Shown here: piece by piece, positions 34,603-46,005 of the stretch
How the letters are laid out: the number at the start of each line of letters is the position of its first letter
How positions within the stretch are numbered: position 1 is the stretch's first letter
Assembly: GCF_001194135.2 (NCBI RefSeq)
Contig: NC_068983.1
Location: 100,485,905 to 100,531,909, forward strand
Source of the DNA: Octopus bimaculoides
Lineage: Eukaryota
Reading direction: 5' to 3'
Length of the DNA stretch: 46,005 nt
Made by a program: the position numbers and the translations under genes
Notes under the pieces: generated by a model
The model's input: only the letters and a program-made list of their open reading frames with translations
Database searches by the model: none
What the model was told of the DNA's origin: nothing

Positions 34603-35943
34603 AATAACTGACAAGCAACTCTGTGGTATTTCAGCAAAATATTTGCTGTAGCCCATCTTTTATACCAAGACAAAACATTGAACATGATAACACTTCCAAT
34701 TATTATTATTTGCCTTAGCCAGCAAACTTTAAGGGATCTTGTAAGACAGTTTTGTTGAAAATACACGCTTTTAAGAGCATGTATCCTCTAACACAGAGAG
34801 TGAATTCTCCAATATACTGCACACATTATCCAACACACTGCATATGCACAATATCAGTCCGAAAGCATAGAATAGTCAATGGTTTGCAAATTACCAATTT
34901 CGTTCGAGTACATTTCATTTTCTTTTGAAATGTCAGTACTATCTGATCAAATAGCTACAGTTTGTGAATAATTATTATTACAAGATCTGACAGTCTTCAA
35001 TAATATGCAACTAATCTGGCCACCAAGGGTTTCATCAAAGACTTCTAAAACCTCGATAAAAATAGCGTAAAGACAACGAGATGTAGCCAGGTTTTAAAGT
35101 TAGCGGGAGCGAGCACATAAGAAAAAAGGAACCGCGGCACATACCAGACAATTAACTTATTTCTCTTATATTCCACGAAATATTTCATTAGTTATAATAC
35201 ACATAATTGTATTCTACATTCATTAATTTCATGTTTCAAGTAACAATGTCATAATGTATGAAACTTACAACTGACATGGAATAACTAAAGAGTTTTAAAA
35301 AATTGTTGATAAGGTGCCAATTCTGAAAAATGTGCTCGTGGTTGGGGCGGTCGCCTCTCTTGCTCTCCTATTAGCTACGCCACTGCAACAAACAATTCCT
35401 TTTATATTATGAAATTTACAATTTACAACAAAGTCAGTTACAAAAAAATTGTTTAGGGTTTCGAAAACAACCAGAACATCGATAAGAGTGCATGCAGACT
35501 GATATTTAAAATTGAAATCTCAAATATTTGACTGATGTTATTTTGAGCTAATTGCTCCATACTGATGATGGAAGCTACATGTTTCAATATACACGTCGTA
35601 AGCAACAGAATCACCTCTGTGACAAGAGAATGGTCGATAGTATAACTAAAATGATTCACTATATCTAGTGTCTGTCATTTCGTGGGCAGCTGTCCTTCAC
35701 TTGGCAGACCCAACTAAAGTGGTCTCCAATTGATAAACTGGATATTACCACAGGCACATTTTTTGTGGAATGAGCTATTCAAAAAATGCAACAATAATTC
35801 ATCAAAGAACATTTATATAACATATTACATGTAACTGAATATTCAATGCAACTTGTAGAGAAAGTCACTTTAACTGTCTTAGGTTCATAGTTTCTCCCAC
35901 TTATTCAGTTGTATAATACATTTTATATACTACATACGACTGA

Positions 35944-35974
<31 letters not shown>

Positions 35975-36270
35975 GTTCAGTAGTTTTATTTTTATAACGT
36001 GCTTTCACTTCACTACCGAGTGCAGCTCTGTGCGCCTTGGGTATGTGCTGTGGTTTGCTGTGGTGCTCTTATGGTTACTGTATTGAAAGTGTTTTGCGTA
36101 GGATGTGTGCAGTGCCCAGTAGTGCAATTTTCTGTATGTTATATATATTTGTAAGTCCTGGTGTTTTTGTTATGTATTTGTCTGAATATTATTTTATTAT
36201 ACCTAAGGCACCTACTATGATAGGAATTGTTTCTGTTTTTAGATTCCACATAGTTTTGTTATTTCCCTCT
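35975..36270 (-). mobile_element. 3' end of a Dong/R4-type LINE with (TAA)n tail
   Basis: The minus strand gives MWNLKTETIPIIVGALGIIK*YSDKYITKTPGLTNIYNIQKIALLGTAHILRKTLSIQ*, then a 3' UTR and (TAA)n at 35944-35974. Confidence 0.85.
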
Positions 36271-36315
36271 GTGTCAATTACAAGATGAACATATTCACAC
36301 TCGTGGATTCGTACC

Positions 36316-36492
36316 ACAGAATCGTTAGCACGCCAGACAAAATGCTTGGCGACATTACTTTTGGTTTTACATTCTGTTTTTAATTTTACATTTCATCGTT
36401 TCGAGATCGATAAAATATGTATCAGTTGAGCACTGGTATTGATGAAATCGATTGGTATCCTTCTCCAAAATTTCAGGTCTTGTGCCTGAAAG
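36316..36492 (+). mobile_element. SINE family 1, diverged
   Basis: CAGAATCGTTAGCACGCC...GATCGATAAAATATGTATCAG. Confidence 0.7.
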
Positions 36493-36886
36493 AATTTTAC
36501 AATAACTCTATTAACTTCTCAATTATGTAACTGGGAGTGTTATATAAGTGAACTGTAGGCTACAAGGAAAAAATTGTTTATACACTTATTCATATCCTAA
36601 AAAATATAAGAAAAGCTTCATTACACTTTTTTGTAAAGGTGGCAGAGATTATTAATTGAATAAACTTAAACATCTCGAGACTAGATGCCAGAAGTAGAAT
36701 CTCTGCTGTCATGTAAAAGTCCTAGATATGGTTGTTTGAACTTTTCAGTCCATTAACTACGACTTTTTGTTTTTTCCTCATCTCAGTGGCCTTCAAATAT
36801 ATCATATCTACATATCTATTAACACACACCCCACACACACTTACACACACATCCTCTTTCATATCTTTGTCTCTCAAATATATGTA

Positions 36887-37117
36887 CGAGGTCTGGTCAA
36901 TAAGTATCCAGACTGTAGCCATAGTAACGAAGCTAAAGCACGCAGAGTGAAGCCGCTTGACATAGAGTGACCCTGAACTCTGCTGTGAGCTAGAACGTTA
37001 AAACTTAGTGCGTATGCACAGCAGAGTTGCAGGTCAATCTTTGTCAAGCGGCTTCACTTTCCTTGCTTTAGCTTCGTTACTATAGGAACAGTCCGGATAT
37101 TTATTGATCAGACCAGG
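36887..37117. mobile_element. 231-bp mariner-derived MITE with TA TSD
   Basis: TA|CGAGGTCTGGTCAATAAGTATCC...GGATATTTATTGATCAGACCAGG|TA. It has the same arms as 21368-22220. Confidence 0.9.
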
Positions 37118-38039
37118 TATTTCAGCTTTTATGTCTGTAAGAATGCGTGCTCTTATACACACACCTATGAAAGCTTACACGTATATATGTTAAAATATAT
37201 AATGCAGCTTCTCACCCACACACTAAACATTTTTGTACTTGTCTTCAAACATTTATAGGTAAGTATAATTCAACACAATAAGCGTGTATGTTCAGACTTC
37301 TGGTCATGCAGTCACAAAATCCTATTTATTAATTGCTAATAGTGACACCGTATTTTGTTATGCAGTCATAATATACTACCAAGTATATTAAAGGCTTTTA
37401 AGTCAATACTATATCGTACCTGTGTTAGCAGTGCGACGCAATCACTGCATTGACTTGTAAGCCGTTAAAATACTTGGAAATGTATTATGGTTGCATAACA
37501 AAATATGGTGTCCCTGCAAGCAATTAATATGTACATAGCAATTTCCAGGAATAAGTTTAATATGTAAATGTGTTATTTAGTGGCTATTTAAGCTTTGTGT
37601 TCGTGGATGATTAATAGGTTAGATGTGGTGCCGAAGGAGCAAGAATTCCTGAAATATGACATATACACCTATTACCTATTTTTCACTCTTCGACCGCATT
37701 GTTTACGTCGACGTATTCGTATACAAAACGCTATAATGTTCAATGCTGGCTCTAATTTCTATAAAGTCTCTGAAGAAGTAACTTTGAAAAGTGATAATCC
37801 TATTTATGTGAAGTTTAACTGTCGATTATATAATTTTAAGTTGATCTTATCTAATAAACTTTAATGTGCAATGATGTGGTTCAAAGAAATTTTAATAAAA
37901 TCATAGCAGCAACTTTCAAGTGCAAATAATGTTACACACCAGACAATATAATTGTTAATGTTAACTTATTCTTTGCAATTTTTGCGTCACACACGCATAT
38001 ACATGCTACTCTAAGTTAGCGTTCCTGCCTATCTTAGAA

Positions 38040-38227
38040 ATATCATTTACCTTTTACTTCTTTCAGTTATCGGACTGCGGCCATGCTGGGACACCGCCTT
38101 GAGGAGTTTTAGTCGAATGAATCAACCCCAGTACTTATTCTATTGATCTTTTTAGATAAGTTACGGGGACGTAAACAAACCAACACCTGTCTCCAAACGG
38201 TGGTAGGGAACTAAGACCCGCGCGTAG

Positions 38228-38261
<34 letters not shown>

Positions 38262-38435
38262 AACATATACACATACATACGCACATACACATATACGACG
38301 GGCTTCTTTCAGTTTCCGTCTAACAAATCCATTCACAAGGCTTTAGTTAGACGAAGGCTTTAATAGTAGACTCTTGCCCACGGAGCCTCGTAGTGGGACT
38401 GAACCAGGAACTGTGTGATTAGGAAACAATCGAAT
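38040..38435 (-). mobile_element. SINE family 2 (CORE-type) copy
   Basis: Tail, internal (CA)n, CGACGGGCTTCTTTCAGTTTCCGTC and the CORE-like CTCTTGCCCACGG...GTGGGACTGAACC. Confidence 0.85.
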
Positions 38436-38955
38436 AATCACGTCTATTCCAGAAAATTTTTCAAAAGATATTACAGAGGTTTAAATTTTGATCATTTTTA
38501 CCCAATCAGAAAACAGAAATTTTGTACGTGATAGCTGTGATAAAATGAAAGTAAACAAGAAGATGAGGTGTTAAATAAATTGAAAGCAATGCATGAGAGT
38601 TAATACATATACAGAGGGCGAGTGTCAAAGAGTATGGTAAATACAGAGAGAAAGAGTTTGGTGGTGACAGATAGACAGTGGGAGATTTATCGATTTAAAA
38701 GTTGAGTTATTTCCCGTAGTAAATTATATTATTCTATTATTATTTATAAATGATATTGTTTGTGGGACGTAGAATTCGAAAGTCAAATTCGTTTTTCTTG
38801 AGGATGCACCGTTTCAAAGCCTTTTTGAGCTAAATACACATACATAACCACACATTTGCATTTATATAGTAGATATGTGTGTGTGTGTATGTGTGTATGT
38901 TTATGTATGTATGTGTGTGTGTATGTATGTATGTATGCATGTATGTGTGTGTGTA

Positions 38956-39175
38956 TCATCATCATCATCGTCATTTGACATCCGCCTTCAATGCATGCAT
39001 AGGTAGCACGGTTGACAGTTGACCACCCCAGGCTACTGTGTCTGTTTTGGCAGGATTTGTACGGCTGGATGCTCTTCCAAATGCCAACCACTTTACACTC
39101 TGGACTGGTTGTTTTCTACGTGACCCCAACACCAGCAGGGTCACCAAGTAACTTACAAGACAAGGAATTTTGAGG
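38956..39175 (-). mobile_element. RTE-like LINE/SINE 3' tail with (CAT)n
   Basis: (CAT)n followed by ...ACGGCTGGATGCTCTTCCAAATGCCAACC, a typical RTE-type 3' end (recognised from memory). Confidence 0.55.
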
Positions 39176-39899
39176 TCACTGGAGGAGGGGATCTTGCGTC
39201 AGATGATGAAAGGTTAGGGAGTGATTGAAAGTTATGTGGTTTGAAGGCTTTATTTGTGTGAAGTTCTATTATTGACTATATAAAATCATACATATACACG
39301 TATACAAGCTCAGAGAAATACACAGTACATAACACAAACGTTATGATAAATATACTTATAAAAATATACTGACTGATATATGCATTCAGAGGTATTTAAT
39401 TGGCTAATAATAAAAAATAACCCTCAAACGAAATGTTTACGCAAAGAAGTATTAATTCATTATGTGAAATAGACAAAAAATTCTTTGCAGATCACTACAT
39501 TCAGTATTCTAAACACAAAATGATGTTTAGAAAATTTATGAGAAAAGTGTTCCGTATGTTCGAAAAAGACGAATGAGAAAATTCAGTTCTACAAACAGGT
39601 TGAATTGGAATTTAAATAGGCGAAAGAATAATTTCTTCTAAATTTATTATTGAACAGGTAATGATTTTGTTATTCTCCGTTGCGCATTTTGTATGGGATA
39701 ATTCACAGATTTTGGTGGCTGAAGCGGAAAAGCCATAACAAACTAAAAATGGTACCTAATATTTCCTATATATTAGACGAAAATATAAGAAAAACTAAAG
39801 CAAATTAGAAAAATAGAAAAGACAGATGAAAGAAGAACAGCCAAATGTTTCTGTTGTTAAATCCTTTTGTAGTTTCCAAGAACTGAAAGATCTTATATA

Positions 39900-42260
39900 T
39901 AATTAGTCGATCTTTGAGAATGAATTCCAGCCTTGATAAGCTTTTGAAGACCAATTTCAAATTGGTCCTTTTCAGTTTTTGCATTGGAAAGGATGGTGCT
40001 TTATAGTTTCTGAATATAATCTCTACAAGAACATATACGAGCTTTTCATGGTAGAATACAGTTTAAAGTAATACAGCCTGCTCCTAGCCAACAGAAATCA
40101 TTGCTCATTGTCTAATGTTTTTGATGTTGCCAAATCTAGTTGTGATAATGGAGGGTTAATGTTTGATAGTTTAATTATAGATTCTTTCCAACATTCCACC
40201 TTTGACGTTGTTTTTACCAATTAATTTAACTTGTGATAGATTTTGAGGGTAATCTATACTATTTTTTTTCTTTTTGTGAATTCATTTGCTTTCAGATTTC
40301 TATTAATATCTACATGCCTGTCAGCCAAATCATTGTTACTTGGTTATTGTTTTCAAATTAGTAATTATCTGTTTTTAGCAGGATAGTTAAAAATTTTTAA
40401 AGCCGACCTTTTCTTTCTTTAAATATTTCTAGTTTGAATGAACAATCAGTAAATAGAAAACCAGTTTCCCAAGGCAGTTCTTTAGTTGAATCTAAAAGTG
40501 TTATCATTCCTCATCATTTTGCTTTGTACATTGTAAAATTGTAATGTAGTTCTAATCTCATGTTTTTATTATTGTTATGAAAATTCCATGGAGCACCATA
40601 TACTAATCCGTTGTCTGAATGTGCTGCATCTGTATAGCTGCCCCAGTTGCTAAAAGTCTGCTTAAGCAACATTATTAGTATATTCCAATGCTCCTCAATT
40701 TATGCGAAGATATTTTACTATTCAGCTTGTATTTGCTGCTTTTAAAATTATAACTTGCCCATTTTAAGCATTTCACTGCTTATCTAAAAGACCATGACCG
40801 ATAATGAGATGAGAGTTGTAACTTCTCAAGGACTGCTATTGTAGCTGATTTGGTTAATATTTCAAGCTGTCAAATTCTCCAAATATTCGTTTCAATGCAC
40901 AAGATTACGTTTAACAATATCCAAGGCCATTATAAATTGCATATCACTCTTTAATGCAAATGATGTTGAGGTTCATAATTAAACATTAACAAATAGATGG
41001 ATTAAAAATCAATAAATGGATGGACTGAAATCGATAAATAAAACTCATAAAATTTGAAACTGTTTCTCCGAAATAGAAAAGCCGAGGAATTTATAATGTA
41101 AAGCAATTTGTCTTTAGCATATCAATATTTCTATTTCTAACACGGACAATTGCCTTGATGTTATATTTAATAGAATTTTTAATTATACCAATAACTTGAT
41201 CAGTTACATACATTGCTGTCAGACAGAAATGGGTATAATTATGCTCGTCTTGTTAGAATACCACTAATAGAAGCAAGAAAACTATTTAACGATAAAGAAA
41301 ATCATATTTTGAAGAGCACTAACGCTTTGCTTCCTATTCATTTCACAAATTTATTCTACTTATTTTATAAGCATCTTTCTATTGTTGACTAGTACTTGAA
41401 TAATGTTTTGAAAAAAAATATTGCAAAATAAGATCTCTCTAAATATAGAATCCTTTCACCTCTATTGAATTAAAAACCTTTTCAAGAATCCATTCAAAGT
41501 ACATTCTTGTGATGTTTAATTTTATAAATAAACAAACCTTTGAAATCAAATCAAACTGTTCAAAATACATTTACTGTTCAATGAAAAATAATACATACTC
41601 ACACACAAATTATTGTTAGTTGTTATAAATGAAAAATCAGGGTAATTTAATTGATTTCTATATTCTATGTCGATCCAACTATCAGATACTTCCACACGCG
41701 TTACTATATCACTTGCTTCATATAGTTACCACAAATGTCTGGATACATTCTCTACACACACACGCGCACGTGCGCAGACTGATGAAAGCCGTGAAGTCAC
41801 AGAAACTGATCTTTGAAGGAATTAGTTAAATATTTGCTGTAAATATTTCATTTAAGTGTTATTTTGTTCATAAGCCAATTAAATTAAAATCTGAAATATA
41901 ACACCTCAGATACATGTTATTATATAATATAGGAAATGTGCACCAAAACATTGTGATCTAATAAAATAAAAATGAAGTCGGGACTATTTTAAAGTAAATC
42001 TTACCGAAAACGTTTTGGAATAGATGCCTAATAATATCGACTAATATTTTCTTTCAATTTCGACGCCAGAATAATATTTCCTATTCTGCTACATGCGACT
42101 CGAACATTTGTTTCTTCAGCATCGATCAAGCTGATTGGTTTCTTATAGAACATACCATCTTTGATAACTGGATCTATGGTAACAATTTAAGAACAAAGAT
42201 ATTTTTCTCCAAGTCTTCTCTGAAGATATCTCTAGCAATCTTGGTGAGGTGTAAAGATTG
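39900..42260 (-). mobile_element. Ancient, heavily decayed non-LTR retrotransposon ORF2 remnant
   Basis: Ordered minus-strand motif remnants across stops and frameshifts: IVTIDPV..YKKPISLID (about 42190-42120), LEKVFNSIE (about 41480), LYPFL (about 41240), YAKDKLLY (about 41121-41100, YADD-like) and CSC..ETIKH...C (about 40040-39990). Confidence 0.4.
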
Positions 42261-42829
42261 ACGTTAGAAATCAGATGAAGAAAATCTAAACGGAATGTTC
42301 AGAGCATACACGAGAATAAGGGCAAATGTAAACAAAATAGGGAATTCGTTTATGCAGAATTAGCAAAGATGGTTTTGTTTGGATTTAATAAATGGCTTAG
42401 AGGTAGAATGGCAGAGTCTATGATCTTTTTCAGAACCTCTGCAACTAGTAAGAGGACACCAAAGTGTAGGTGACTGTACCTTGCTGTGGAAAGATATTCT
42501 ATTCAAAGTGATATTTGAGATTTTACGATAACAGATGAAACAAATGTTCCTACACATATATTTAAAGCATTGCAAATCTACGCCCCATTTTCAATTCCCA
42601 CAGAGAATCATTTATTCCCTCACTTAATTTATGACATCAGAAATGTATGAATGCCACAACTCCTAGTTTTACTTTCCAAAAATTTTTATTTGATATTTGC
42701 AAAGTTAACGGTAAACCAATTCAATGTACGGGTTCTTCAATATTAAAACATTTTCTTGCGAACCCTCTCATGGATCTTTTTGTCAGGAAGTACAAAAACG
42801 AACCCTATTACAGATCTTTTTGTCAGGAA

Positions 42830-43140
42830 GGCAAAAATGAATGGTTAAAGAGTTTATTGCGCAATCTTGAGATTTCGGGTTCGATCCCACTACACGACAC
42901 AGTGGGAAAGTGTCATTTAACATAACCTCGGGTCACAAGCCTTGTGAGTGAGACTGAATAGGCAGAAAGTGTGTGGAAGCCTGCGTATGAGTTGTACCGG
43001 TAATTCAACAATCAACTTTGTCTTACAGTATCATACTGAGTTTTCCCGTAGGCTGCGTTAATAGCACAAGTCTCTGTGGAATACTCAGCCGCTTATGCCA
43101 TAATTAATTTAGTAAGTAATTCTGTCAATCGAACAACAGG
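42830..43140 (+). mobile_element. Diverged CORE-type SINE
   Basis: Head with GGGTTCGATCCCAC, CORE-like GGGAAAGTGTC...CCTCGGG and AAGCCTTGTGAGTG. The tail is related to the fragment at 21062-21117 (-). Confidence 0.65.
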
Positions 43141-45519
43141 AAAAAATATCAACGTCAAAATCAGCGTGAGACCCATTATATCTTAATTCAAAACCTATCC
43201 ACAACAGTTTGAAATAACCTCGTTTTACATTTACCAGTTCGTGGTAAACGTTGGCCGTACAAAAATATTGATTTAAGTCTCAGTCGAATGTGAATTTTCG
43301 GTCTAATAATTATCTGAATTTTTTAAAGTGGTTATTGGATCGATATTTGAATGAAACGGGCAAATTAAAAATTTTGCTAATTAAAGCAAAATTCTCAAAC
43401 ACAGAACCTTTAATTGTAAATAGCGCCACCCCATTTAAGATGGAGTTTAAAATGTATCATTCTCTTAAACGCTGCCTATGAATATTTTTATATTTGTAAT
43501 TTATTATAAGAATGATATGCAGTAATTGTGTTTGATATTTCAATATCAGTATGTACTTAAAATTTATAATAAATTTTGTGATAAAATTAAGTACAAAAAT
43601 ATATCCAGTTTCACAATATATAAATTATTTTCAAGTGTTAACCAAAATACGACAATTTTCTGCTTCAATAAAGGAAATTTATACGACAGCGAATCATTTA
43701 GAGTTAAATTAATGCGACTAGCTTCCATCTGTTCACTGGAAATTGCTTTAAGTATTTCTCATTAACTCGACCAGCAACTGAAGCTATGTTATTAACGAGG
43801 GATTTTCTGGCGATTAATGCAACATTTGCAATTTAGATACTTTCTACAACAACGAAACATTGAAATACGATAAATATGTAAACTACTAAAAATTAGTGTA
43901 ACAGTGGTGTTAACTAGCTTATATAGAAACTGGTTCATATAGTACACCTCAGTCAGTTTTAGAGCGTATCATTTACCAAGTCAAAGTTGGACTGAACAAT
44001 AGTTCTAGTCTTGCTTTTGCATTCACTGTTCCTAGATTTTCCCAGAAGATAGTAAAGTGAGTTTCCGGGTTACAGGATTTATTATTTAAACGTCAACGTC
44101 TATGTAACATAAGATGTACATTCAACTTTGAGGAATGGCTTCTTGAAGAGTAAAACTGCACAGAATGCTAGAAATAGTACTTATCTAAATAGCACCACCC
44201 CATGAAATATGTCTTGTATGTGTTTATATATTGTGATACTGAATATCTTTTTACACTTAATTTTATAACACTTACTTAGTACAAATTTTAAGTACATACT
44301 AATGTTGAAATATCATCAGACACATATAGAGAGTATAGCATATACATACAGAAAGTACAGCATGTATATACACCCAATTTGTAAATACAATATGACGAAT
44401 AAAACTTATTTTGAAGAAGAAAATTCAGAAAGCCAATAGATAATCGATATTTGATCTTACATTTTGACATGAAATATATATTTATATGTTTTTGACAATA
44501 TATTGTCTTATTCCAGAAAAAATTGGGTTTATTAGTTTACTGAGTTTCTTGATAATGGAAACGTAGAAATAGTTTGTTTAATTGATATGATTAACGTTGT
44601 TTAACAGCTGATATATAATGCATTGCATTGACAGAGAATCATAATCTTGCGAAATACTGTAAAGTGTTTAATCGTTTACTTTACAGGTTTGTGTCACTCT
44701 ATCTGCTAGAAATATCAGACAAATTTCCCGCATATCACATCCAATGGTTTTTAAAGTCTGGCATATTAACTAAAGCCTTTATATATTTATATTTATATAT
44801 TTATATATTTGATCCTTTATATTGAACACTCAATATTTCATCTACATTCAATACTTTCTTTCATGGTGCCATCCATTTTTATTTTATTTTATTTTATATT
44901 ATATATTGTATATTATATTATATATTGTATATTCCATATTCTATACCCCACATTGGTTCTGCAGGAATATAAATAAAACATAAAAAACAGACAGTGTTGG
45001 AACTCTTTTAAACAAAATAATATATTCCTTTATACACAATCATACAAAAAACCCCACCTTTTTNNNNNNNNNNNNNNNNNNNNNNNNNNNNNNNNNNNNN
45101 NNNNNNNNNNNNNNNNNNNNNNNNNNNNNNNNNNNNNNNNNNNNNNNNNNNNNNNNNNNNNNNNNNNNNNNNNNNNNNNNNNNNNNNNNNNNNNNNNNNN
45201 NNNNNNNNNNNNNNNNNNNNNNNNNNNNNNNNNNNNNNNNNNNNNNNNNNNNNNNNNNNNNNNNNNNNNNNNNNNNNNNNNNNNNNNNNNNNNNNNNNNN
45301 NNNNNNNNNNNNNNNNNNNNNNNNNNNNNNNNNNNNNNNNNNNNNNNNNNNNNNNNNNNNNNNNNNNNNNNNNNNNNNNNNNNNNNNNNNNNNNNNNNNN
45401 NNNNNNNNNNNNNNNNNNNNNNNNNNNNNNNNNNNATTATGTATAATAAAACTTTAATTCTGTCAACATAACAAAAATGACCTCATACAACTATGACAAC
45501 AGAGAATTAAGTGACAAAG

Positions 45520-45557
<38 letters not shown>

Positions 45558-45560
<3 letters not shown>

Positions 45561-45961
45561 TGTTACTTGTTTCAGTTATGAAACTGTGGCCATGCTGGAG
45601 CACCGCCTTAAACGGTTTTAGTCGAACAAATCGACCCCAGGACTTATTCCCTGCAAGCCTAGTACTTATTCTATCGGTTTCTTTTGCCGAACCGTTATGT
45701 TAGAGGGACGTAAACATACCAACAGCAGATGTCAGGCGATGGTACAAACACAGACACAAATGCATACGCACAAATGTATATAAGTAAACATGGCAGTAAA
45801 AATAATCCTGGCAGATATCAATTAAGCACTCTAATTAAAGGAATAAGGTTAAATTTCCAACAAACAGATACCAGTAAATGTAAGTAGAATACAAACCCCC
45901 GTGGACTGAACCCGGAAACATATGGTTGGGAAGCAAGCTTCTTACTACACAACCACGCCTG

Positions 45962-45966
<5 letters not shown>
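45558..45966 (-). mobile_element. SINE family 2 copy with the CORE region replaced or missing
   Basis: Tail at 45558-45770. Head GGGAAGCAAGCTTCTTACTACACAACCACGCCTGCGCC ends at 45966, next to (TC)n. Confidence 0.8.

Positions 45967-46005
<39 letters not shown>

Larger units (their letters stand above)
13965..45435. other. Six assembly gaps: 13965-14245, 21139-21185, 30351-30478, 32143-32593, 33524-34387, 45064-45435
   Basis: N runs, mostly flanked by (CA)n, (TA)n or (TAA)n. ORF-track entries spanning them are artefacts. Confidence 0.99.

Noticed and set aside
35077-35382. Possible MITE ending in TAGCTACGCCACTG
   Set aside because: The right end looks like a TIR but the left partner is too degenerate to define the element.
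28690-45966. tRNA-like B-box segments as tRNA genes
   Set aside because: They are SINE heads continuing into SINE bodies, with no cloverleaf or anticodon arm.
1-46005. CRISPR arrays, operons or prokaryotic defence systems
   Set aside because: No repeat-spacer arrays or dense ORFs; the sequence is spliced eukaryotic DNA.

Overview
Eukaryotic, AT-rich and microsatellite-dense genomic DNA with six assembly gaps. The SINE families look like octopus SINEs (recognised from memory, not database-checked). There are no prokaryotic features, CRISPR arrays or RNA genes that I can support. The only host gene is a minus-strand CRAL-TRIO/Sec14-like lipid-transfer gene, seen as two phase-compatible exons (18766-18622 and 1095-918) separated by a 17.5-kb intron; its other exons are not identifiable here. 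The rest is layered mobile DNA: about 15 copies of one tRNA-type SINE, several CORE-type SINEs and RTE-like tails, five related solo-LTR-like elements, three Dong/R4-type LINE fragments in (TAA)n, a Tx1/L1 fragment, an old decayed LINE, a full-length dead mariner, a two-5'-end mariner derivative with its MITE, two further MITEs and Helentron-like non-autonomous elements. The most unusual signal is the LTR-like family: every copy ends in a ~46-50 nt hairpin that reaches the terminus, and its two arms co-vary between copies. Repeat boundaries were read by eye and may be off by a few bases unless stated as exact.
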